Source: the human T2T-CHM13v2.0 reference genome, Homo sapiens
Length of the DNA stretch: 64,000 nucleotides
Assembly: GCF_009914755.1 (NCBI RefSeq)
Contig: NC_060933.1
Strand: one strand, 5' to 3'
The position numbers and the translations under genes were made by a program. Under the pieces are notes generated by a model. That model was not told the DNA's origin and ran no database searches. It was given only the letters and a program-made list of their open reading frames with translations. Positions 30,268-45,229 of this stretch are shown here, piece after piece (the stretch's first letter is position 1; the number at the start of each line of letters is the position of its first letter).

Positions 30268-31058
30268 TGATATGGCAGGAAGGCAGGGAAATGCTGGATA
30301 GAGAAGGGCAGAGTCCCTGTCAAGGTCTCCACCCTTGGACCTGTGCCCACAGATGTAAGTAAGAACAGGCATTCCCGTTTTCACACTCAAATGTTACATT
30401 TTCCAAGACTACTCTGGCCCACCACACCCCCCACACTGTGTGCCCATAAAATCCCAAGACCCTAGTGGGCACAGACACAAGTGGCTGGATGTCAAGAGGG
30501 GCAGAACAACACACTGACAGACACCAGCACACACTGGCAGGCCATCAAGGCAGGACGATGTGGAATTCAGTCAAGGGTGGTTGGAGGAGATTCTGGCCAC
30601 TGGGTGGCTCAACTTCAGGGGGAGACCACCTTCCCACTCCATCCCCCTTCTGGCTCCCCATCCACCTTACTGACAGCAACCTCCACCACTCAGTAAAACC
30701 TTGCACCCATCCTCCAAGCCCACATGTGATCCAATTTTTCTTGTACACTAGGGCAAGAACCCAGGATATAGAAAGCCCTCTGTCTTTGTGATAAGGCAGA
30801 GGGTCTAATTGAGCAGATTAACACAAGCCACCTGAAGACAGTAAAGCTGAAAGAGTGCACTGTAACACACACCCACTGGGGCTCCAGGAGCTGTAAACAC
30901 TCAACCCTAGATGCTGCCGTGGGGTCGGAGCCCACGCTCCCCATGGCCTGCCTGTCTGCATGCTCCCCCTAGGGGTTTGAGCAGTGGGGCACTAAAGAAG
31001 CAAGCCATATTCCTGCCACAAGCCCTGTGAGGGGGGATAACGGAACACTCCCATTTCA
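30268..31058 (+). mobile_element. LTR1-family solo LTR (ERV1)
   Basis: TG...CA termini; tgatatggcaggaaggcagggaaatgctgg...gtgataaggcagagggtctaattgagc...cccatttca. Confidence 0.8.
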
Positions 31059-31711
31059 TCCAGAGAAAATTCTTTAGTTTATAAATGTGGCATCCCATTA
31101 ACAGGTACTGCATACAGCCTTATATTTAAAGCATATGTTCTGTAAGCCATATATAACTAGGTACTTTAAAAAATCTAGTTTGAAAATCTCCTAGTTTTAG
31201 TTGGAGTATTCACTTTTCACTTAATATAACAGATTATCCTCTTTACGGCTAATGAAATTAGTGATATATTTGGGGGTTGCATCTACCATCCTACCCTACC
31301 TGTTTTATATTCCCTGGGTACTATTATCATCTTGGGGGCAAAATGTAAATAGATTTAAAATAAAATTGGAAGTTATGATTAATTACCAGAGAAAAAGTTT
31401 GAGGACTTAAATAGGGTCAACACATTTTCCTCAGGTTCCTGAAATTAAAATTAGTCATTTAACAAATAATATTAAAAATTATTCTGCAGTTACCCATCTA
31501 CTGCCAGTCATGTCTCTACCTGCCTTAGGTCATTATGTGAGGAAGCACCAGAAAAATACCCTCCAAAGTGTTCCTAACAGAAGCCTCACCAATTACTGCC
31601 CCGACATAACACCTGTAAGTGTGTGTGTGTATGCACACATATACTTCCATGGTACTTATCCTGTAGAAAATAGAATGTCTTCTTTACTGATTAAAGAAAG
31701 TATTCTGTACT

Positions 31712-31855
31712 GCAGTGTTCCAAACATGCCGCACATTGGAATCAAATGACAAGCTCTTTAAAAAGATAGATTCTAGGTTCAGTTTGGCTCAATCAGCCTG
31801 GAGTAAATCTGGTTCTCAGGTGATTCGGACAAGTCCTCTGCTTTGGAAAAGCCTG
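31712..31855. mobile_element. MER5-like hAT fragment
   Basis: cagtgttccaaac...cacattggaatca...ctcaggtgattc...ttggaaaagcctg. Confidence 0.5.
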
Positions 31856-32799
31856 CCTTAAGGGACTCTGCAGTGGATTTCAATGTTTATGGTAACATAA
31901 AAACACACTGTATGTGACTCACATAACTTGAATCCCAGTCAAGCATTATCTTGACCACATGAGTTACACGCTGGTTCTAAAGAGATAAGCATTTTCCTAA
32001 AATTTACTTATATGTGAGGCAATGATATATGCATAGATAGCCTGGGTATGGCTGGCATTGGTAAATGGGCATAATGAAACCAGCTATTCAAATCTAAAAA
32101 GATCAGAACAATCTAATCAAAATTAATTAGATTTGCACCTATACCTCACATGGACATGAAGTAGACATCATAAACCATTCTTGTCTTGCTCGTGTGGAGG
32201 CCATGAGGAGGATGTTTATTTTCCATGTGGGCTAAAGCACAGCCCTGTTTTGCCCACCAGAAGGAACATGCTTGGTTTGGAAAGACAGAGCTACAGCAAG
32301 GTCTCCCTGAAGACTCACAATCACGTGGCTGACTGAATGTGTCCCTTCTGCCAAAGGACTCCTCCCTTCTCCATCTTCTGAGAAGGAAAAAAAAAGTGAT
32401 TTGGTTTTTGCTGTGGGAATATTTTCAAGTATTGCTTTTGAAGGAGCAATTAAAAATGAATTGTGGGCAGTATTTGAAAAAGAGTGCTTCATTTCTAAAA
32501 CTATTGAGATAAAGGTTAAATTAAGCCTACAAGAGTTCTCTCAAAAGCAGTTTTGGATAAGAAAGTACTATGCAAATTGTAGTCACGAGAGACCTTGCCT
32601 AAACTAAATACAACTTTCTATTGTGGAGCAATTGGGCTGAATCTGTTTTAAGGCTATTCTTGACATTTAAAATGCCAATCAGAACAGACTGCAATTCAGA
32701 AGAATTGCAAGAAATGTCAAGTTCACACAGCAAGTTGGTACGCTGTACAGCAAATAGAGGTCAAAATGTTCTATCCAGATCTTTACACTATTTTCCAAA

Positions 32800-33650
32800 T
32801 TCAGACTCTTCTTATCTTATTCTCTGCCCCAGGAGGCTAGGCCAATGTCTGTGGGATTCCCATAAATTTCCCAGTGGGGACCTCTGGCAAGAGATTGTAG
32901 GGAGAGCAGAGAGAGGTCAGGTGCTTCTCTGGTGTTCACAAAGTGAGGTAACCTTTGGAGGATGGATTCCTCTGCTGAACACCACTGTTCCTCAAACTCT
33001 CATTTCAGTTTCTGAACCAGCTCTTCCTTGAGTCCTGCTAGATCTAAGGGTGGTCATAGCTCTCACGCTGCTGTGATGGTTGCCTTTATGAGACAACTTG
33101 ATTGGGCCACAGGATGCCCAGATAGCTGCTTAAACATGATTTCTGGCTGTGTCTGTGAGGGTGTTCCTGGAAGAGACTGGTGTTTTAACTGGTGGATGGA
33201 GTAAAGCAGACGGCCCTCCCCAATTTGCATAGGTATCACCAATCGGTTGAGGGTGGGAATAGAACAAAAAGGCAGAGGATGGTTGCATTAACTCTCTGCC
33301 TGATTGCTTGAGCTGGAATATTGATCTTGTCCTGCACTCAGCTGGTTCTCAGGCCTTCAGACCTGGACTGGGATCCATACCATCTGCTCTGAGGCTCTCA
33401 GGCCTTCAAACTACACCATCAGCTTTCCTGGGTCTCCAGCTTGCAGATGGTAGATCATGGAACTTCTCAGCCATTGTAGTCAAGTAAGCCAATATATTAA
33501 AATAAACTTATATAGATAAATGTACATATTGATATAAAATACAGCTGCACTATCTCTGAGGCAACCCTGCAATCTTCTTGCATACATCAAAGGCTCTCTT
33601 TAGGAATAAATCCTCCTTAACTAATTCTAATTTGGCACGTGACTAATAGA
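32800..33650 (+). mobile_element. LTR33-like ERVL LTR split by MLT2
   Basis: ggcaagagattgtagggagagcagagagaggtcagg; agatctaagggtggtcatagctct. Confidence 0.55.
33072..33545 (+). mobile_element. MLT2B LTR
   Basis: tgtgatggtt...caacttgattgggccacaggatgcccagatagctg...gagtaaagcagacggccctccccaat. Confidence 0.9.
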
Positions 33651-33703
33651 CTTTGGTATGTTCTCTTTTATCAACAGGTATAAACGATTAAAAACAGAAA
33701 CAG

Positions 33704-34008
<305 letters not shown>

Positions 34009-34589
34009 CAGAAATAAATCACAAGAAATAGAAATGAATTATGAAAATAGAAATTAGAAATGAATTACAAGAAATAAAAAAATGGAAAGGAAGAAGAAAA
34101 TAATTCAATAAAATGTAAAGACAACAAAAAAACACAAAACCTTGGGATAGCCCCTCTTTTCTTTTCTCAGAATAAAAATCTCTGTCCTCCTCAAAACCAT
34201 GATTCTGACTAGCCTGCAGGTACAGTCCCTGGCAGAAGCCATTTGTACCGGCAGCAGTGGCCCTGCTTGGCTGGGTCAGAGGACACTGAATGAATGGTAA
34301 GCCTTTGTCAAACTCTTAATTTCCACACACTCGGTGTTCCTATTTAACTATTTGTTTATCTGTTTATAACTCATTATCCACATCATACAAAAATACATTC
34401 TCATCCTCAAACATTCCAGCAATTTCAGAGTATGTAAAATAAACATTAAAAGGTTCAGATGGCCTCCCATTCTCATATTTTCTTCTTTTCTTCTTCTTCA
34501 CCATACTTTCCAATGATGATTTTGGCAAATAGCTCTGTCTTTTGTTTATTTTGTAGTGCTCTTACACAAATAGTTAATAAATGTAAACA

Positions 34590-34895
34590 CTTTATTTATT
34601 TTTATTTTTATTTTTGAGATGGAGCCTCCCTCTGTTGCCCAGGCTGGAGTGCCATGGTGTGATCTGGGCTCACCACAAACTGCCTCCCGGGTTCAAGCAA
34701 TTCTCCTGCCTCAGCCTCTCAAGTAGCTGGGATTACAGGCACGTGTCACCACGCCCAAGTAATTTTTGTATTTTTAGTAGAGATGGGGTTTCACCATGCT
34801 GGCCAGCTTGGTCTCGAACTCCTGAGCTCAGGTGATCTGCCCGTCTTGACCTCCCAAACTGCTGGGATTACAAGCATGCGCCACCGCGCCTGGCC
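34590..34895 (-). mobile_element. AluS
   Basis: Full dimer; degenerate TSD aaat..a.acacttta. Confidence 0.95.
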
Positions 34896-35167
34896 TAAAT
34901 ATATACACTTTAAATTAAAAATTGGAATATGGTATGCATACATTTTTAGAAAACCGGCTTTTCGTTGCACAGAGCTTGCTTCTCATCAGTGAGTGTATTC
35001 AGAATACATCAGTGGGTGTATTCTCTGCCATATTCTTTTGGGAGACTACATAATATTCCATTAAAAAGATGCTCTTCAATGTAGTTGTCACTAATGGACA
35101 TTTTTATTGATTTTTCATTTTTTTCTCAATGCCCCATGAATATTTTTGTACATAATATTTATGTAAC

Positions 35168-36078
35168 AGTTTTATTGATATATAATTCATATATAAATTG
35201 CCCATTTAAATGGTTAATTCAATGGTTTTTAGGATATCCACAGTTTTGCAACCATTACCATGATCAATTTTCAAACGTTTTCATCATTCCGAAGAGAAAC
35301 TTGGCCATTTAGCAGTTACTCCTCATTTTCCTCAACCCCTCTCCTTGGTGCTAAGCGGCCATTAATAGATTTGTCTATTCTGGATATTTTTTATATATTG
35401 AATCATACCATATGTAGCTTGTTTTTTTTTTTTTTTTTTTTTGGCTTGCATCCTTTTACTTAGCATTATGTTTTCAAGGTTCATCCATATTGTAGCATGT
35501 ATCAGCATGTCATTCCTTTTTATTATTGAATAATATTTAATTATATAAATATGTCACCTTTTACCAATTCATTCATTGATGGAAATTTGGGTTTCTTCTA
35601 ATTTTTGAATAATAAGAGTAATGTTGCTAGGAACATTCATGCAAAAGTGTTTGTGGGGGCATATATCTTCACATTTTTTTGTATTTGGGTGTAAACCTAA
35701 AAGTAGAATTTCTAGGTCATTTAACTTTTTGAGGAAATGCCAAACTGTGTTCCAAAGTGGCTGCACGGTTTTATATTCCCACCACCAATGTATGAGGATT
35801 CCAATTTCTTCACTTCCTCTCAACACTTTTAATTTTCTGGTTTTTTTTTTTTTGTTTTTTGTTTGTTTTGTTTTGTTTTTTAATAGCCTAGTAGGAGTGA
35901 GGTGGTATAGAACTGTGTTCCTGATTTGCTTTTGTCTGACGACTAATGATGTTGAGCATCTTTCATGGGTTTATTGGCCCATTGTATATTTTCTTTAAAG
36001 AAATATCTATTATTTGCCCCATTTTAATTGGGTTATATGTCCTCATATTATTAAGTTGTAAGAGTTTTTTATAGTTTC
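35168..36078 (-). mobile_element. L1MB 3' end
   Basis: ttttgaggaaatgccaaactgtgttccaaagtggctgcac...gactaatgatgttgagcatcttt. Confidence 0.85.
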
Positions 36079-36089
36079 CAAATAAGTCT

Positions 36090-36305
36090 ACAAGATTATC
36101 CACGTCTTAGTTCATAAAACAAGTCTTGAAAAATTTACAAAGATTAAAATCATACTAAGTATCTTTTCTGACCATAAGGGAATAAAACTAGAAATCAATA
36201 GCAAAAGGAGAGCTGAAAAAAACACTAATATGTGGAAAGTAACACACTGTTAAATAATGGGTTAAGGAAGAGGTCACAAGGAAAATTAGAAAATATCTCG
36301 AACCA
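36090..36305 (+). mobile_element. L1 ORF2 (EN-linker) fragment in opposite orientation
   Basis: cataaaacaagtctt...ttctgaccataagggaataaaactagaaatcaatagcaaaagg. Confidence 0.8.
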
Positions 36306-36446
36306 AAGGAACACACGTTTGTTTAACATACTAATTCTGCTTCAGTGTCACATTGAAGGGAAATGTTTACCCTTTCAGATTTTTTTTTCCAGAAAATAGG
36401 TGGGCATTCAAAATTCAAACACAAAATATAAAATACTTGAACTAAA

Positions 36447-36765
36447 TAGAAAAATACTTGAACTAAAATATTTACATTTTAATTTAAAAATTGGAACTGC
36501 GAATAACTGCTGCCAAACTCTGCTGACACTTTAATTTCAGCCTGTGAGACACTGAACAGGGAACCCAGTCATGCTCTGCCGGATTCTGACCCACAGAAAC
36601 TCAGATGGACATTTGTGATGTTCTAAGCTGCTGAGTTTGTAGTAATTTGTCATGCAGCAAATTAAGCAATAAAATAACACGATAAAAAAAAACCCTAGAA
36701 ATAAATACTTAACAAAATACTCCCAAAGACAAAAATGGCATTTCATAAGGAAAAAGACATACATG
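36447..36765 (-). repeat. 319-bp inverted duplicate (derived copy) of 38925-39243
   Basis: Reverse-complement alignment by eye gives about 8 differences in 319 bp. Confidence 0.97.
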
Positions 36766-37319
36766 TTGTCTGTGAGATTACATAAAAGATGTGTTTAAGT
36801 TTCATATGCAAAAATAAAGAGGGTTAAAAGATTATGTACTGTTTTATAATGTTCTAATGTCAAAATAATATAAAGAATCTTAACATTGGAAGGAATTCAG
36901 GGTCATTTTATTAAACTTCTAAGCCAATTTTGGAATATTTCTCCATAAATTCTGATAATTATGCAACTAATTACATTGCTTCATGAGAAACTAATTCGTT
37001 TTTGAATAAGTTTAATATTTAAAAGATTATTTTATTTGGATATTTATTATTAGCCTGTCTGATTCTATTTATTTGTGTTAATTCTGTCTCTGTAATTGCA
37101 TAGGGAAGGTTTAATCCTGTTTAGTTATGGACAATATTTCAAATGTTTGAAGGCAGACTCTGTACGTCTCTGCCCCAACCACCAGTTCTTTTTGAGGAGC
37201 ACACCCAGTTCCCTTATTCACATAATGTCCTCATATTTTTGTCTTAGTGGCTAAACACTCCTTCTGTAACTGTCCAGTTTGCCAATGTTGTCTTAGCCTT
37301 TCCTTCTTTCATTTTTAAG

Positions 37320-37380
37320 AGCGAGTAACAGAGGCTTCCATTTACTATCAATGTTTAATATTCTGTGCCTCCAAAATGCA
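37320..37380 (+). other. Candidate 61-nt exon
   Basis: cctttccttctttcatttttaag| acceptor; GCA|gtgagt donor. Confidence 0.35.
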
Positions 37381-38199
37381 GTGAGTTAGAATTGTGTGTT
37401 GTTTTTCTAGCAACAAAAATTTAACCACAAAAGTAAAAACGTCTCCAAGTGACAGTATTTGCATTAACTTGCTTGGAAGTGTTCTTTTTCATTCTGAGGT
37501 TTACAAAACCTGAGATGTTAGAAGAAGATTAGAGCTCATCAAATCCAGTTTCTCATTTCATCCATAAGGAAGCCCTTGCCCTGGAAGACATGTGGTCAGT
37601 CTCAGTGCACACAGCTGGGTCGCTGCAGACGACTGAAGGCAGGTTTTCCCCAGTATTTTGAGCTACGCACAGTACAGACAAATCCAACATCTTTGCAAAC
37701 ACAGATGTGAGGTACTAGTTTTATTTCTTCAATTGACTGATGCAGTAACAGTGTGCTAAAAGCTAGACTCAGTCACATGATTGATCCCCTAATAATACTC
37801 AGTGATTTCCTCGTAGATTTCTTCCAAGAAATTTGACGCACAGCATGATATACTGCATTAATCCTCTAGAGCATCTGTGACTATAAATCATCAGAGGTTG
37901 TGGCGCTCAGTTTATATCCAAAAGCCAATTATAAAGAGAGAGAAAATGTGCAATAAATTACTGACATAATTAAACTGTTAAAAAATATCTATTGACATAT
38001 GACGGACATAATGAAAAAAACATGGAAAAATTAAGAAAATTAAGTATTTTGTTTCATAGTGGGATAACTGGTTTTTTATTTCCTTGAAAGTTTTTATATT
38101 GCTATTATGAACTATAAGCAAATTAGATAGAAAAAAAGAAAGCTAAATTGAATATTCTATTTACTAGAAATTTCCCAGAGGCCACATTAATTTTACATC

Positions 38200-39010
38200 C
38201 AATTGCCACTTTAACGTCTTCCCCTGTGTTCCTTCCCTACCCAAACTCCTGCTGTTTGCCATCTGAGGTAATGACTCTCCTGAAATTTGTGTTTATCATT
38301 CTGATGCTTTTGCAAAATACTATTTTAGCATGAAAGTTTCTAGAAACCTTTTTAAAAGTTCTTATGATAATTAATTTCTTAACTTTATCAAAATGACATC
38401 CTGCTATATTTAACCTTCAGAAATGTGCTACATTTTATTACTGTATATTGCTAAGATTGAACTCTATGGCTCTGTGTGGCTGCCATGTTGACTACTACAT
38501 AATATTTCATGTGTGACTGTGCCACAGTTAATTTATACATTCTTCCACTAACAGGGGTTTTGGTTATTTCCAAGGTATGTCTAACAAAAACCGTGCTGTT
38601 TTGAACTTATACGTCATTCCTAATGCACACTTGCAAAGTTCTTGGGAATGTTCCCAGGAAGAGAATTTCCTAGTCATAATAAGATACGCAAATATTCCAC
38701 TTTACTACATAATGCTACATAATTTACCCAAGTAGTTATATTAATTTACATTTCTATGAACAATATATACAAGATTCTTGATTTATATCATCTGCAAATC
38801 TTGGTATTGATGGTTTTCTCAAGTAATGGCAATTTAATAGATATAAAATATTATTTCATCATAGCTTCACTTGCACTGCTTGTTAGAGGTTAAATTTAAA
38901 TATATCTTTCATATATTTATTGGCCATGTATGTCTTTTTCCTTATGAAATGCCATTTTTGTCTTTCGGAGTATTTTGTTAAGTATTTATTTCTAGGGTTT
39001 TTTTTATTGT
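38200..39010 (-). mobile_element. L1ME 3' fragment
   Basis: ctgaggtaatgactctcctgaaatttgtgtttatcattc; tctttcatatatttattggccat. Confidence 0.7.
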
Positions 39011-39014
39011 GTTA

Positions 39015-39189
39015 TTTTATTGTTTAATTTGCTGCATGACAAATTACTACAAACTCAGCAGCTTAGAACATCATAAATGTCTCATCTGAGTTTCTGTGGG
39101 TCAGAATCCGGCAGAGCATGACTGGGTTCCCTGTTCAGGGTCTCACAGGCTGAAATTAAAGTGTCAGCAGAGTTTGGCAGGAGTTATTC

Positions 39190-39190
<1 letters not shown>
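39015..39190 (-). mobile_element. MLT1E-like LTR 3' fragment
   Basis: acaaattactacaaactcagcagcttag...ctgtgggtcagaatcc...cagggtctcacaggctgaaattaaagtgtcagc. Confidence 0.8.
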
Positions 39191-41173
<1,983 letters not shown>

Positions 41174-41909
41174 CAGGCATGCTGTTCCTCTAGGGGAGGT
41201 GCTAATCATGTCCTCTCTGGAAAAGATTGTAAAAAGAGAGGCAGTTTATCACAGGTCGTCTCTCAGACTTAAAAACACATGTTACAATGAGATTTCTGCT
41301 TAATTGCACACACTGCGAGATGAGACCACGAAACAAGCTAGAAATACAAAAGAGAGGTTTATCAAATTCATCCTGGATAGGCAGAATTCAACAATTAATA
41401 ATATTTCAATAACAAATAATCCACAAGGTAAGCTAATTGGAACATGACGCCAGATGGCAGGGAAACTAGGGCTATCCTGGGCAAGTCAGAACAGACAATT
41501 ACTTTTTTGAAAGTTGATTGTTGATTTTCTATTATAGCTTTTTATTTTCACAATTTTACCTCCTCCTTTTTGCTTTGAGTTTATTTTGCTTTTCATTACT
41601 AATTAGTTTAGTCATTTTGCCCATCAATTTTTAGCTTTACTACTGCTTACTGTAAATACTTAAGGCTGTAAATTTCACCTAAAGCGCTGCTTGTACTGTC
41701 TCCCACAAGTTGTCATTAACCCAGCTAGTGTTGATAAACTCAGTTTGGTAGTCGTTTTGACAATGCCTCTCCCCACAAGTGTCCATGGCCTGAAAATGCC
41801 TGGAGTGAACAATCACATTAGTGATGATTTCTCAGCTTGGAGGGAATAATAAACGGGCAGGCAATGAATTAACTGGAATCCAGGCAGAGGGAATGTGACA
41901 GTTAATGTT

Positions 41910-42659
41910 CACATTAAATATAAAAGTTTATTAAAATTTGCTCACATTGAAAAACACTGACATAGGTTATACCCACCCCCTGCCAACACACACAAGACAT
42001 ACACATACACAATCCAGACACAATTATGTTGCTAGTGTCAGCTCAAAATTATTAAGCAAATACTGAAATGTAGATAAGTTCCAGAAAATAGCAGAGGCTA
42101 GAAAACATTTATAAAGCTGTTAGTTGTCATGGTAACAGATAAACTCTGGTATCTGAAATTGTAGAAATCAGAAATTAAACATTTGTGTGACACTACTTTT
42201 CTATAGTTTTCCAAGGGATAAGAGGGAAACTTTTCCAATTAGGTTGTTCCAGGGTCTTCTTGAGTTTGGCAGATGGCTGTTGGAAAGATATTAATCGAGG
42301 TTGTAGGACAAGGGATCAGAGGATATCTCCGTTCCTAAAAGAAGTGAGCAAGTCTAAAGGCAGAGACTGACTTCTGGCTTAGGCAGCCTGCAGAGCTGGT
42401 GCTGAGTGAGCCATAGCACACGGAAGCTGAAGGCATTGCTGCTGTGTGATTCATCTCTCATGCATTGCTCACAAGCTGCAGATGCATCCCATGGGTGCGG
42501 CTGCCTGCTGTGCCCCTCCCCTTGCTCTCCGGGACTGTGGCTTTGCTAATGGAACAATCAGGATGCTTTTTCTTCCTTTTTTCCTGTCTGGGTCTTTGTC
42601 AGCATCTTCATCTTCTGAGCAATGAGGCTGCTGCTCGGCGGCTCCAGAGACACCACCTC
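41910..42659 (-). other. Candidate terminal exon of an unidentified minus-strand transcript
   Basis: Minus-strand acceptor actttcttctttatgcccatag|GAG at 42660; non-repeat sequence; minus-strand AATAAA at 41927-41932; phase-0 reading EVVSLEPPSSSLIAQKMKMLTKTQTGKKEEKAS* (stop 42558-42560). Confidence 0.45.
42123..42136. promoter_or_regulatory. RFX X-box motif
   Basis: GTTGTCATGGTAAC versus consensus GTTGCCATGGCAAC; motif match only. Confidence 0.4.
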
Positions 42660-42836
42660 CTATGGGCATAAAGAAGAAAGTTTGAAGTTCTAGCAAAGGC
42701 ACATTTTTTTTTTGTTTTGCCTCCACCACTGCACGACCCTTCAAAATCTGAGCCTTAGTCAGGACCCCTTCTGGATGTTCCTCAGTCAGATGGCCATCCT
42801 CCTCTTGAGCAAAACTGGGACCCCTGCCATGGGGGC

Positions 42837-43233
42837 ATTTTTCTTTCTTTCTTTCTTATTTTATATTTTATTTTACTTTAAGTTCCAGGATACATGTGCA
42901 GATTGTGCAGGTTTGTTACATAGTTACACATGTGCCACGGTGGTTTGCTGCGCCTATCAACCTGTCAGATAGGATTTAGGCCCCCAGCGCATTAGGAATT
43001 TGTCCTAATGCTCTCCCTCCCTTTCTCCCCACCTGCGGACATGTGCCGGTGTGTGATGTTCCCTCTCTATGTCCATGTGTTCTCATTGTTCAACTCCCAT
43101 TTATGAGTGAGAAGATGAGGTGTTTGGTTTTCTGTTCGTGCGTTAGTTTGCTGAGGATAATGGATTCCAGCTTCATCCACGTCCCTGCAAAGGACATGAT
43201 CTCATTCTTTTTTGTGGCTGTTTAGTATTCCAT
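42837..43233 (-). mobile_element. L1PA8-like 3' end
   Basis: tactttaagttccaggatacatgtgcag...tgtcctaatgctctccctcc...ccctgcaaaggacatgatctcattc. Confidence 0.9.
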
Positions 43234-43797
43234 GATTTTCCATTAGGCCTGCTTGACTCTCACTGAACACCCCTAGGGAATGTCTCTGCTGTAAGGGCAC
43301 ACGAAAGCCTTTAAATAAAGACCAGCTTACATAATCACATTCTAGCATAGCAGCTCTTGAAAAATTATACCACTTTCTGGAAGACTACTTTTTGGGGAAT
43401 ATAATGGCATTTTCATACAAAAACACACTACATAAATACTCTATAAAAAGTGCTATTTCAACACGACAGTTTCAGGCAAGGACACACTTACGAATTTATT
43501 CCACCCAGCATTTTCTGGCCAGAGAGCATCACATGGTTGCGTTTGTGCCATGTGTGATGAATGTGATGAACACAAGGTGTTTTGCTCTACCTAGGTGAGC
43601 CCAGACAGTGATAGAGGGGGAGGATCCGCTACGATTTCCAGTATGTGTACAAAGTGTGTTCTTTGCATGTTTCCAGGCACTGAAGATGTTTTTCTTTGCT
43701 CTAACTTTAGTTTTAAATGCTGTCAGGGTGTAAGACAACTATAAACTGCACGGAGATGGGAAATTATTGAAGAAATGGTGCAAAAAGAAGTATTTAC

Positions 43798-43862
43798 CTT
43801 CCAAAGGGTAAAATTCCCCATGCCCTCCTCCACCATGCCCCACTCACTATCATGCCTTTTTC
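43798..43862 (-). other. Candidate 65-nt exon
   Basis: Minus strand ttgtattctacacag|GAAAAAGG...TGGAAG|gtaaat. Confidence 0.25.
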
Positions 43863-45229
43863 CTGTGTAGAATACAATCAACTGTCATTCAATTACAGCA
43901 CTGAACAGACTCTATGTTGCTGTTTAGTACTTGTAACTGGAGTCTACTATGTCTGTGAATGTCTTTCCATTGCCAATCAATGTATGTTTCCTCTACATGA
44001 AATAGTTTAGGTTATCTCATAATTTTTCCCATTAAAATGAGTGGACCTATTTTTTCATACAGCTTTTGACTTAGTGGTGGGATTTTGAGGAACAGACAAT
44101 TGAACTATAAGTGTATTTGACTAACTATTAACAGCCAGAAAGCACAGTTGCTTTACAGGCCCGTCAGGGCAGAGGTGGATGCAGAGGCTAGTGAGTCATT
44201 ACCCTTTCACAGGCTAGTGGAGAAGGGGTCCCTAAGGTTGCTATGGGGTCGGTGTCCTGCAGAAGTTAAACCAGTCTCTTAAGTAACTTCACATTCTTAC
44301 TTAGGACCTTCCTATCCTGTCCTGTGCCTCAGATGTTCTTGAAATTAACTCTTGTCTCTCCAGCTGGTTCTCTCCCTAACCATGACACTCTTACATCTGA
44401 TTATTTTTTATTGGTTTATGAATTTTGTTGTTAACAGGCACGATCAAAACTATTTATGTGTTGAAGAAGGAACAGTGTTTTATTTTCCATCTCTGTCCTG
44501 ACCTCGAGGAACAGTGGAGCTTCCATTTGTGCTGAGGCAGTAGGTCCTCATCCCCTGCCGAGGGACCATCTGGGATGTGACAGCCACCTGGAAACCACGT
44601 GGCCTCTAAAGACCCTCTCTTTGTGGCCAAAGTTAGGGGGACAGTCTTCACTAATCTATTTTGATTTTTTGTATCTTTCAATTGTGGGTGGGAGAGAGAT
44701 GTCAGTTCTTCCTGCCATATATAAAAATTGTGATTCCCACCCACATCCAAGTGCTCAGGAAAGTGTAGCCCTTTATTTTTTGTTTCTGATCTGTACTTTG
44801 TTATAGGCAGTCACTATTAGCCTTTGGACCTATGTGCTCCTTCATAGCCACAGGAAGCAGGAAACTACACTTGCCGCATCAAGCTTCCTCCCGTGCCAAG
44901 GTCTTTCAAGTAAAGGTGCCTCATCTTAAGGTAACAATTCCATTTTTCAAAGCATTTTCATGCATTCCCTTTATCGTCTCTGGGAAGATGAGGGAGTTCA
45001 CTTTGGGCCTGGCTCCTATGGAGAGCCAGGAAGGCTCCGCTGGTCTGTCACTGGGTCAATGTCCCCTGAGGGACTGGCTTTTGTGGTTTGCATCTTCTGC
45101 TGAAATTCACGGTCTGGTCATTTGCCTCCAGTTGTCACAGCTCTGCCCTGCCTATAACTTGTCAGTTTAACCCCAGACCTGTCTTGTCCATTGCCTGTGC
45201 CAACGCCACAACATCCCACCCCACCACTC

